DNA of 63,522 nucleotides, filler included, from Planctomycetota bacterium (GTDB lineage: Bacteria; Planctomycetota; Planctomycetia; JALXBF01), in the NCBI GenBank assembly GCA_026991575.1. It is 4 parts of 4 records of this genome, joined end to end, with 100 filler letters (N's around TTAATTAATTAA, not from the genome) between each part and the next. Parts side by side here need not be neighbours in the genome. Positions count along the whole stretch, not along the records: positions 47,974 to 63,522 come from JALXBF010000123.1; 3 more parts are not named here. The stretch is one strand, 5' to 3'. Position numbers and translations under genes: made by a program. Below, in pieces: positions 55,110 to 63,522 of the stretch. Under the pieces are notes generated by a model, which searched no databases, was not told where the DNA came from, and saw only the letters and a list, made by a program, of their open reading frames with translations. Numbering within the stretch: the stretch's first letter is position 1; each line of letters starts with the position of its first letter.

Positions 55110-57953
55110 CTACCTGAGCTCTGCTTCGCCGGCAAGCTCATTGTTGCGACGATCACCGCGCGCCATGGCTGCTGGAGCAAAGGGAATGAACCGCACGGAG
55201 AGTCGATCGAGCAGAACTTCGCCAGCACCTTGCAGGTTGAAGGCAAGCTTCAGCCTGGCGCCGCGACCGACGGGTCTGTAAAGAACGATGCGGTGCCAGC
55301 CCCGGGTTGGGCCGGCAAGCCTAACGGCAAGATCCTCGCCGTAGAGAGTGTCGTAGACCGCAAACCTGGCAAGTCGCGGCTTCAACGCCCGCGGGATATT
55401 GACGACGAGGCTGATCAGAAGGACCCCGGCTTGCGATGCGGTCAGTTCACCACTGTAAAGCGTGAATCCCGACTGGCCGTCGAAGAAGACCACCTGAGGC
55501 GACTGCTCGCCGGCCGGTTCCACTGTCATCCGCAGCGCCCGGCCATCGCTTCCTTTTCCCGGCGGCTGCACCAGGTACGCTCTGGCGGTCAGTCCTTCGG
55601 GCAGATCGGCCCGCTGTGTCCAGCCTGCCTGCTGCAGCGCTTCGGTCGCCTCGAAGCTGCCTTCGGGCACCAGGTTGCTCGTGGGCGTGGCAGTCGTGGA
55701 GCGAGCGACGGCTGCGATCAGCTCGCGCTGACGGGGCAACAGGTCGAACGACAGCAGAAATGGGCTGACACCGGGCCGATAGTCTGCAGGATGCCACCGT
55801 TGCCAGGTCGTGTGTTCAGCAAGGCGCACGGCGCGGAGGCTGCGCGCTGCTGCCTGGAACGCCTCCGGATACAGGGCTTGCCCGTAGCGTTGTTCGGCAA
55901 TCTGGAGCAGCGACTCGGCCCTGGCCAGCAGCGCCATGACCTCGCCCCTGGTGGCGCCGCGGTCCAGCTGCGCGAGGATGTGCCGACAGCGGCTGATCCG
56001 GTCGCGGGTGATGGAGACAATGCGCTGCGCTGCGATCTTCTGGACCGCGGCCGCTCGTGACCGGGACATCTGGAACAGCCGAGTGTCTGTGCTGAGGACT
56101 ACAGCGCAGGCCGTGTCGAATTCACGCACGGTCACCTGCATCCCCCCTGCCACCCGCCGCCCTTCAAGTGGTTCGACACCACCCGGCCCGATCGACCACG
56201 CCAGGGCCGTCTCCGGGACGCCTTCGACCACGAAACGGAGCTGCTGACACGCCATCTGCGGAGCTACTGCTTCACTGTCTGGAGCTGTCCAAGCGATGAG
56301 CACCAGTGCCGCGCGGGGCGTCCGGTACACGGCCGCGTCGAATTCCTGCCCCAGCTGCAGCTTGCTTCTGGCCACCGATCGACCGCTTTCCAGCGACGAA
56401 CGGATTCGCTGCCGCTCTGCGGCCAATTCCCGTTCTCCTGCTCCTTCCACCTCGATCCACTCCGACTTCAACCGCTCCGGTGGGCCGGCGGCTGCCAGGA
56501 ATGGTTCGATGAGGCTCAGCTCCGCGTTCAGCAGTTCCAGTCGCCGTGCGACCCAGTGGAGATGGTCGGCTGGCACGCGGTTCACGTCGTACGCGATGCC
56601 GCGGCAGCCGGCAATCAGGCAGGCATAAGCAGCCAGTCGCATCTGCTCAAAGGTAGCCGGATGTTCAATCCACGGCTGCTCCGGGATCGTAGGCACCCAG
56701 CCTATCACGGGCAGGCCAGGTCGTGCGACGACTCGGCGCGCCTCGAGCCACTCAGCGTAATCAGCCAGCGGAAACGATGATCCGACGGGATTGCGCCCGA
56801 TGAGCATGACGTCGGCAAAGCGGCTGACGCGGTACAGCGACGCATTACCGGCCACGATCACGGGCCGGTCCTGGTCTTCGAGGTGGAGTTGACGCACGGT
56901 CCAGCGGAGTTGCTCAACCGCCTCGGCGCGGGTCTCCGGCAGGAGCCGTGCGAGACCGGTCCAGGGGGGGCAGATCCCTGCTACAGCCCACGCGACCACC
57001 GCCGGGGCCTCGCGCATCGCCTGCACCGTTGCCCGCAGATTGGCCTCCATGACCGCTGTCGGACCCGGTTCTGGCATGCGCAACAACGGGACAAGCCAGG
57101 GGCCGGACGGTTGAGCCAGCAGTTGCCGTGGGCTCGGCTGCGACAAGAGGATGCCGTCGGCGGCAACGGAAGGCAGCTCTTGCGCACGGCTAGCCGACAC
57201 GAAGACGAATTTCGGGAGTCTGGGAACGCCTTCGAAGCGGATCTGTTCGCCGGCCACTTCGAGCCGCGCCGGACTCGGAGTCTGGACCCCCCTCAGCTGA
57301 ACGTCCACGACGCCGTCCTGCGCAATCCGGGGGCTCGCTTCCAGCTCGTCCACGTACACCTCCACTAGGCCCTGGCCCGAGTACAGGTTCAGCGTCAGCG
57401 CGTCGATGTAGGCGCCACGAGCATCAACGTCCCGACCGAGCTGAGCGCGGACGAGCCGCAGCTGGCGTTCCAGTGCGCGCGCTGTGTCCGCTACTTCCAG
57501 GAGCTGCCATTTCCCCGCCCGCTCATACACAGGCCCAGGAATCACAACTAGCCGGGCAGACTCAGACGGGGGGCCCGCCGGCTCGTGGGGCAGAACGACG
57601 CGCAGCAACAGCTGCGTACCCTGTCGATTGGCCTTAACCCAGAGCCGAACGAAGCCACCCTCAGTGACCGCTATCCGTGGCAATTTCGGGTAGTGGTAAA
57701 GGATCTGGGTGCCGCGGCCGGACAGGAGCACGAACCGCTCGCAGCGGATTCCCTCCCGCGCACGCTCGTCCGTCCGGTCATGCTTCTGCACGGTGAACGG
57801 CGCGTCCGCGGTGCCCTGAACCCAGGACACCCTGGGCGTCTCAAAGCTATCCCGGTACAGCGTCGAAGGCTGGCTCGCTGAGTCTGTCTTCACGAGCAGC
57901 AGCAGCAACAACAGCGGCAGCGCCGGCATCCTGCACCAGAAGAAAGCCATCAT
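55110..57953 (-). CDS. Large secreted hypothetical protein
   Basis: 947-aa ORF with signal peptide and GGAGG RBS. Confidence 0.8.
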   Translation of the reverse strand: MMAFFWCRMPALPLLLLLLLVKTDSASQPSTLYRDSFETPRVSWVQGTADAPFTVQKHDRTDERAREGIRCERFVLLSGRGTQILYHYPKLPRIAVTEGGFVRLWVKANRQGTQLLLRVVLPHEPAGPPSESARLVVIPGPVYERAGKWQLLEVADTARALERQLRLVRAQLGRDVDARGAYIDALTLNLYSGQGLVEVYVDELEASPRIAQDGVVDVQLRGVQTPSPARLEVAGEQIRFEGVPRLPKFVFVSASRAQELPSVAADGILLSQPSPRQLLAQPSGPWLVPLLRMPEPGPTAVMEANLRATVQAMREAPAVVAWAVAGICPPWTGLARLLPETRAEAVEQLRWTVRQLHLEDQDRPVIVAGNASLYRVSRFADVMLIGRNPVGSSFPLADYAEWLEARRVVARPGLPVIGWVPTIPEQPWIEHPATFEQMRLAAYACLIAGCRGIAYDVNRVPADHLHWVARRLELLNAELSLIEPFLAAAGPPERLKSEWIEVEGAGERELAAERQRIRSSLESGRSVARSKLQLGQEFDAAVYRTPRAALVLIAWTAPDSEAVAPQMACQQLRFVVEGVPETALAWSIGPGGVEPLEGRRVAGGMQVTVREFDTACAVVLSTDTRLFQMSRSRAAAVQKIAAQRIVSITRDRISRCRHILAQLDRGATRGEVMALLARAESLLQIAEQRYGQALYPEAFQAAARSLRAVRLAEHTTWQRWHPADYRPGVSPFLLSFDLLPRQRELIAAVARSTTATPTSNLVPEGSFEATEALQQAGWTQRADLPEGLTARAYLVQPPGKGSDGRALRMTVEPAGEQSPQVVFFDGQSGFTLYSGELTASQAGVLLISLVVNIPRALKPRLARFAVYDTLYGEDLAVRLAGPTRGWHRIVLYRPVGRGARLKLAFNLQGAGEVLLDRLSVRFIPFAPAAMARGDRRNNELAGEAELR

Positions 57954-58590
57954 GGCCTCCGCATTTGACTTGACGTCTACCCGGCTCCGATTCTACGCGG
58001 TACTCCGTCCCCGACAACCTGAACTGGCATGCCCGTTCCAACCGACCGGCCGCGCCAGGTGACGCAACGACTCTCCGTAACGTTCTCGCCAACCACGCGG
58101 TGACTCCGTGCGCCGGTGCATCCCGGTGCGCGAGCATCTCGATCACGCAGCAACTCATCGTGCGTGAGCGTGCCGGTCAAGCGATTGGCCGATCGAGGTA
58201 ATCAGCCGCACAACCACCCTCGAGTGAGCTGTCACTAACGAAACGGTCGCCGCGGCTGGCCGGTCGTCACACCGGCACAACGGCGCCGTTGGGCTCGCGG
58301 CGTCGCGCAAGGCCGACCCACAGGGGAGGCAGCTTCCGCGGATCGAGCCGGGGCCGCAGCCGTAAGATGCTGGCCGGTGTCTCGATTGCGTTGCCTAGGC
58401 AGCGCCGCGTGTCGCCGCGCGGCAACGTTGCGGAAGCCGGTGTAGAACGGGGGGCTTGGCGCAAGCGTAGTCGGTGCAACACGTTGTGTGCAACGGGGCT
58501 TGCCGCTCCGTTACGGCACGCGATGTGAACTGGAACGCCGGCAGTCGCACCAGTAACTCAGAAGTCAACCAATGAAGCCGGAGGTCGCCG

Positions 58591-58869
58591 ATGCCTTCTC
58601 ACCCACGATTCCGCACCAAGACCGAGCCCGTGCTGCCGCTGTCGGTCCGCCAGCTTGGCGAAGAGATCGAGAAACTGCCCAAGTGGCACCGTGAGCGGCT
58701 GGAGCCGATCTACGCCCGCGTCGTCGATGCGTTCCGCATGCGTACACGAGTGATGCAGTTGGCCAAGGAGGCACTGGAGCAGGCTCGGTTGGAGATCAGC
58801 CTGCTGAAGTTTGATAACGAAGTCACACGCAAGGAAAACGAGAAGTTGCGCAAGCAGCTCGAAGGCTAA
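58591..58869 (+). CDS. Small coiled-coil protein
   Basis: GGAGG RBS; heptad pattern 'ALEQARLEISLLKFDNEVTRKE'. Confidence 0.75.
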   Translation: MPSHPRFRTKTEPVLPLSVRQLGEEIEKLPKWHRERLEPIYARVVDAFRMRTRVMQLAKEALEQARLEISLLKFDNEVTRKENEKLRKQLEG

Positions 58870-59065
58870 ACCACACGCGACTCGTCCTGCGCTAGCAGCG
58901 CGCCGTCCTCCCCGCCGCAACCCGCCAGATCCGTCCTCTGCTGCCTGTCGGAGCAGGGCCGCTTGTCCTCCCCCAAACCCTCCCGACGCGGCCCGCTCCG
59001 ACAGGCCAGCCCTTTGGCCTCTGCGGTGGTCGCAGTCCGAAGCCCGAGCTTGCCCGGCCGTTTGC

Positions 59066-60214
59066 CTACCTGCACGTGTGCGCCCGGCTCTGTTCGATGA
59101 GGCGTGTGTAAAGCAGTTCGTAGCGATCGACCACGCTGGCCAGGCTGTAGTGCGCGACGATGTGTTGCCTGGCTGCTTGACCCAGCCGCTGTCGGAGCGA
59201 CCGGTCGCGCAGCAGCCTGCGGAGCGCCTCGGCCAGCGCCGGAACCGAGTCCGGAGCGACCACCAGACCCGTGCGCTCGGACTCGACCAGATCCGTGTTA
59301 CCACCTATGCGGGTCACCACTGGCGGCAACCCTGTAGCCATGGCCTCCAGCAGCGCATTGCTCATGCCCTCCGACGCGCTGGGCAAAACGAACACGTCGG
59401 CGGCCCGGTAGTAGGCCAGTACGTCGGGGGTTGATCCGATCCAGCAGACGCTATCGGCAATGCCCAGCTCCGTAGCAAGTGTCTTGAGCGAAACCTGCTC
59501 AGGACCGTCACCGACTACCAATAGCGAGCCGCTGTCACCGCGCAGCACTTCCCGCCAGGCGTGCAGTAAGACGGGCAGGTTCTTCTGAGCGTGTAGCCTA
59601 CCGACGAACAGCACCCTCGGCCGCGGCGGCAACCGATCCTCCAGCTCGGAGCGGCCCGGTGCAAATTCATCCGTGTCCACGCCGCTGGCCAGCCGAGTGA
59701 TCCGCGTGGCCGGTACGCCCCACGCCCGCAGTTCCTGCTCGATTTCGGCCGAGATTGCCACGAAGTGATCGCAGCGGAGAATCCAGCGACGCAGTCGGTC
59801 CGCTCCACGGGTACGCTGCCAGATGCTGTACTCACCGTACGGTCCCGACGCTGCCGGCTGGACCACGACCGGCACCGTCATCTTGGGACGGGCCCACCCG
59901 GCGGCGGCTGCTTCCCAGAGCCCTTGATGGCAGTGTACGACGTCGGCCTGGTCGGCCAGGCCGATCAGGGCCCGGCGTAGCGTCCACAGGAACGAGACGC
60001 CAAACAGCGGCCCGAGCGACACCGGCCGGATCACCCGCCGCACTTGCACACCGTCGAGCACCTCCACGCAGGGCCGGTCCGGTACATGTCGCGTGAGTAC
60101 GGTGACCCGATGTCCGCGGCGGGTTAATTCCACCGCCTGGCGGCGTGCCTGCCTCTCAGCGCCGCTCTCTACCGGCCAGAACCAGCTGACACAGAACACT
60201 ACGTGGTACGCCAT
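59066..60214 (-). CDS. GT4 family glycosyltransferase
   Basis: 'GAERQ', 'VGRL..QK', 'EGMSNALLEAM'. Confidence 0.93.
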   Translation of the reverse strand: MAYHVVFCVSWFWPVESGAERQARRQAVELTRRGHRVTVLTRHVPDRPCVEVLDGVQVRRVIRPVSLGPLFGVSFLWTLRRALIGLADQADVVHCHQGLWEAAAAGWARPKMTVPVVVQPAASGPYGEYSIWQRTRGADRLRRWILRCDHFVAISAEIEQELRAWGVPATRITRLASGVDTDEFAPGRSELEDRLPPRPRVLFVGRLHAQKNLPVLLHAWREVLRGDSGSLLVVGDGPEQVSLKTLATELGIADSVCWIGSTPDVLAYYRAADVFVLPSASEGMSNALLEAMATGLPPVVTRIGGNTDLVESERTGLVVAPDSVPALAEALRRLLRDRSLRQRLGQAARQHIVAHYSLASVVDRYELLYTRLIEQSRAHTCR

Positions 60215-60395
60215 CGCTGTACTTGACACCTCACTGAGCCGCCCGCATCGGTCAACCTGGAGCACTGCGGCCCAGCGCCGACGTTAGGACGGCCGTCTTA
60301 CTTCTGCTACGTACCGGTGCCCTTTGCGGCTTCGTCGTCCGATGCCACAATTAGAAGGCAGGACGGCACGTAACTGGTGCGTGACGAGGAAAGAG

Positions 60396-60941
60396 ATGAG
60401 CGGGCCAATTCTGGACAAGACGTTTGAGCGGCATGGCGTGCGGTTCAACTACCCAGGCACGTGGCGGCTCGAAGAAGAGCGCGACGGTGACGACCAGTGG
60501 TCGGTGACGCTTCAGAGTCCGGGGACCGGATTCATCTCGCTGGCCGTGCTGCCGCTGAGTTCGAATCGTTTTGAGCTGCTGCGGCAGGTGCTCAGTGTCT
60601 TCGAAGCGGACTATCCGGAGCTGGACACCTACAACGTCGAGGACGAGATTGCTTCGTTGCCTGCCGTGGGCCATGATCTGAACTTCTTTTGCCTCGACTT
60701 TACCAACACGGCTTACGTTCGGGCGTTCAACTCGGCAGCTCGTTCTTTCGTCCTCGTGGCACAGTGCACGGACAGCGAACTGGACGAGTTCGAGCCAGTC
60801 TATCGGAGTGTGCTAAAGTCGCTCACGATCGAAGATGAGCCGGACCCGGCCGACTGGCTCTTCGGCGATCGATCTGGTGGGAACCCGATGCTTCCAGGCG
60901 CAGGGGGTGATATCCTCAAAGACGACGTCGATGACTGGTAG
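60396..60941 (+). CDS. Hypothetical protein (PsbP/DcrB-like fold possible)
   Basis: 'FNYPGTW' near the start and 'VLKSL' near the end. Confidence 0.7.
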   Translation: MSGPILDKTFERHGVRFNYPGTWRLEEERDGDDQWSVTLQSPGTGFISLAVLPLSSNRFELLRQVLSVFEADYPELDTYNVEDEIASLPAVGHDLNFFCLDFTNTAYVRAFNSAARSFVLVAQCTDSELDEFEPVYRSVLKSLTIEDEPDPADWLFGDRSGGNPMLPGAGGDILKDDVDDW

Positions 60942-60994
60942 CCGGGCGCACGCCGTTACTGAAGCTGTCCGCACCAGCACGCCGACGAGGGAGC

Positions 60995-61882
60995 ATGATG
61001 TTGACCGACAGCCAACGCCGCTTTTTCTGGGACAACGGCTACCTAGCACTGGAAGGGTTTCTCACCGCGGATGAGCTTGAGGCGATTCGCCGGGCTGTCG
61101 AGGAACTGGTCGCCAAGGCGGCTAACCTGACTGCCCCGACCAAACGCTACGACGTCGGTCCGGCGCGTCCGGGTGGCGAACCCGTCGTGCGGCGGATCTT
61201 TAACCCGGCGGAGGCCGATCCACGCCTGGAGGCGATCGCTCTGAATGATCGCGTGCTCGACGTGGTCGAAGCGCTCATCGGGCCAAACATCGAGTTTCAC
61301 CACGGCAAGGTCAATTTGAAATGGCCGCGCGGTGGCGCGGAAGTGGCGTGGCACCAGGATCTTGCCTTCTTTCCCCATACGAACACCGACCTTGTTGCCT
61401 GCATGTTCTACCTGGACGACGCCACCGTGGAGAACGGCTGCTTGCTAGTGCTGCCGGGCAGCCATCGCTACGGTGTGCTCGACCACTTCGCAGACGGAGT
61501 TTTCGTCGGCGCGGTGACCGACGCTCTGGAAATCCTTCCGATGGATCGCGTACAACCGGTGGAGGTGCCGGCCGGATCGATGACCGTGCACCACTGTTTG
61601 CTGCTCCATGCTTCCGAGGAGAACCGTTCCGACAAACCGCGCCGCGTGCTCATCTACCAGTACCGCGCCGCCGACGCCATGCAACTTGTCCCGGACCGTT
61701 CCGGGGCACGCCACTACGGCCGATTGCTTCGCGGGGAACAGGCGGGCGTGGTCCGCTGTGAGCCGATCACCTACCGCCTGCCGAACCACTTTGCCGCCGA
61801 TCGGCAGCGTTCCCTGTACGAACTGCAGGAGGAGTTCAAACGCAAGCAGGGAATCGCGTCATTGGTCGAGCGGAACAGCTAG
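60995..61882 (+). CDS. Phytanoyl-CoA dioxygenase family Fe(II)/2OG oxygenase
   Basis: 'WHQD', 'ENGCL..LPGSH', 'HAS..N.S..R'. Confidence 0.92.
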   Translation: MMLTDSQRRFFWDNGYLALEGFLTADELEAIRRAVEELVAKAANLTAPTKRYDVGPARPGGEPVVRRIFNPAEADPRLEAIALNDRVLDVVEALIGPNIEFHHGKVNLKWPRGGAEVAWHQDLAFFPHTNTDLVACMFYLDDATVENGCLLVLPGSHRYGVLDHFADGVFVGAVTDALEILPMDRVQPVEVPAGSMTVHHCLLLHASEENRSDKPRRVLIYQYRAADAMQLVPDRSGARHYGRLLRGEQAGVVRCEPITYRLPNHFAADRQRSLYELQEEFKRKQGIASLVERNS

Positions 61883-61906
61883 CCGAGTCGACGGCCGTTG
61901 TTTCCC

Positions 61907-63522
61907 CTACTTCAGCGAACAACGCACCGTCACCACTGTCCGCGGCGCCATCGGTACCAAGATGGTGTCGTGTTCAAGCTGTAACCGCTCGAGGGGGATC
62001 TCCACACCGCTGGCACGCCAGGCGGTCTGTACCGGGAGCAACGGCAGCTTCAGCCGCGCGGTAAGCCTGCGGTCGAAGAAACTCTGCAGACGAACGATCA
62101 CCGCTCGGCCCTCTTCGGCCCATTTCACGGCCTGAACCACCACGGCCTCCCTCGGTTCCACGGCCACAATCGTACCCGATCGCGGCAGGGAGCCGCGTCG
62201 ATCCGATTGCACCAAACGCGCTGCCAGCGGGTCGCTGGCCAGGGCAGCCACAGCCGTAGCCCGTGCATCGCTGATGCGGTTCCCGGAGGTGATGACGTAG
62301 CGGAAGTGAAACTCGCCACCCTGGCCGGCCCGGTAGTTCGTGAACCAGTAGTTGTTCAACACGTAGCCCATCACGGTGCCGTTCTGCAGCGGTAATCGCT
62401 TCAGCCACTTCCCGGTCTGAATTCCCTGCAACTGTACCAGTGGTGCGTCCGGCGAGCACAGGACGATGTCCATGGCGGGTCGGCCCTGTCGCACTCTGAG
62501 CCAGTCCTGGACGCAAAACCAGTCCTTGCATGCACCGGGCAGCCAGTCCCTGCCAGCGGTGACCGCCGCACCGCCAACGCGGTACGCGATCTCAGGATTA
62601 CGCGCGGCAAAAGGGAACGCCAGGTAGACAGCTTCCTTCGCATACGTTTTCTCTTTGCGAAACCGCCATCGCAGCTCCACCACCTTGCGTGTCGTGTGGA
62701 GGCGGATTTCCAGTTCCAGCCGGGGTGTCCTCAGCGTTGTTCCACGCATGACGGCAACCACGTACTCGGACTCACGCCAGCACGCGACCAGTTTGCCGTC
62801 GGTTGGGCTGTGGAATTGGAAACGCGCTGGCGTCGGTGACGTGTCAATGACTGCCTTGGTGTTCTCGCCCCCGGTGGCGTAAATGTACTGGCCAAGCTGC
62901 CAGGGAGCCGATTCGTCGACCAGTGCCTCGCCAAGCTCCCGATCGACCAGCTGGCGAATGGCCACGCGGCTTGGATCGAGCACCAACCGGTATTTGTCTG
63001 TCTCCAGAACTGTCGCCAGAGGCAAAGGCTGCCGGCTGGGGCCTTCGCGCAACGGCGGCTCGACCTCGATCAGGGCATACGAGAACGGCGGCAAAGTCAC
63101 GGGCCACTGGCGACCGCCGGCCCAGACCGTAGCGTCAACAACTTCAGCCGAGCTGGGATTCAGCACAAGGAGCCTTTTCTGGCCCCCCGTGCCGATGAGC
63201 GAACCGAGCGTGGTAAGACCGCAGTCAAGCAAGCCCCGCAGGATCCGATGTGCTTCATGCGCGTAGCCAGCTTTGCGCTCGAACTGCTTCCGTACGAACG
63301 GGGACTCAGGCTCGGTGATGCTGTTGTGAGCGCCCCAGGTGTGCTCGTTGTAGAGGAGGATGTTGTCCCATGCTTGGTTGAGCTGCTCGCGGGGATAACG
63401 GATCCGCTTGTCGACCGCTGCCAGCAGGGTCCAGATCAGTTCGACCGCGGCCGCAAGCCGTTCGTTTGCACGGTTCAGTTTGGTCTCACGCGCGCTCGAC
63501 GCTGCACCGTCCTCCCAGTAAC
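61907..63522 (-). CDS. GH38-like (alpha-mannosidase) protein, C-terminal part
   Basis: Frame continues to the window end: 'YWEDGAAS', 'LLYNEHTWG', 'NNYWFTNY'. Confidence 0.75.
   Translation of the reverse strand, partial: YWEDGAASSARETKLNRANERLAAAVELIWTLLAAVDKRIRYPREQLNQAWDNILLYNEHTWGAHNSITEPESPFVRKQFERKAGYAHEAHRILRGLLDCGLTTLGSLIGTGGQKRLLVLNPSSAEVVDATVWAGGRQWPVTLPPFSYALIEVEPPLREGPSRQPLPLATVLETDKYRLVLDPSRVAIRQLVDRELGEALVDESAPWQLGQYIYATGGENTKAVIDTSPTPARFQFHSPTDGKLVACWRESEYVVAVMRGTTLRTPRLELEIRLHTTRKVVELRWRFRKEKTYAKEAVYLAFPFAARNPEIAYRVGGAAVTAGRDWLPGACKDWFCVQDWLRVRQGRPAMDIVLCSPDAPLVQLQGIQTGKWLKRLPLQNGTVMGYVLNNYWFTNYRAGQGGEFHFRYVITSGNRISDARATAVAALASDPLAARLVQSDRRGSLPRSGTIVAVEPREAVVVQAVKWAEEGRAVIVRLQSFFDRRLTARLKLPLLPVQTAWRASGVEIPLERLQLEHDTILVPMAPRTVVTVRCSLK

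Noticed and set aside
50426..60214. Ligase, sulfotransferase and GT4 as one biosynthetic cluster
   Set aside because: They are interspersed with unrelated genes on mixed strands, with no carrier protein or exporter.

Overview
GC-rich bacterial DNA, most likely a Planctomycetota assembly. Evidence for that is a PVC-type CxxCH multidomain protein, the groEL-groES-groEL-dnaJ-grpE layout, and sulfatase and ceramidase-like paralogues. The window is not one locus. It is four contigs (1-16097, 16198-32034, 32135-47873, 47974-63522) joined by artificial N-TTAATTAATTAA-N linkers, so adjacency across the gaps means nothing. Contig 1 is accessory. It holds a Card1/Can2-type PD-(D/E)xK nuclease gene missed by the ORF track, a Csx1 CARF-HEPN effector with an unusual C-terminal cold-shock-like extension, a transposase remnant, two copies of a ~400-bp hairpin-rich repeat, a secreted NIFGG-repeat protein and carbohydrate-active enzymes. 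Contig 2 has the chaperone operon, with candidate sigma54 promoters, and a terpenoid cluster: ferredoxin, an archaeal-lipid-type (Grs/Gms-like) radical SAM enzyme, a class II cyclase, a DUF116-prenyl synthase and a chorismate-lyase-like protein. Contig 3 has a globin-coupled kinase, a sulfatase, a putative CARF-like-GGDEF fusion, a large CxxCH protein and an Imm11-like protein. Contig 4 is mostly ordinary enzymes. I saw no CRISPR array, cas10, rRNA or tRNA. All family calls come from motif recognition by eye, not from database searches.
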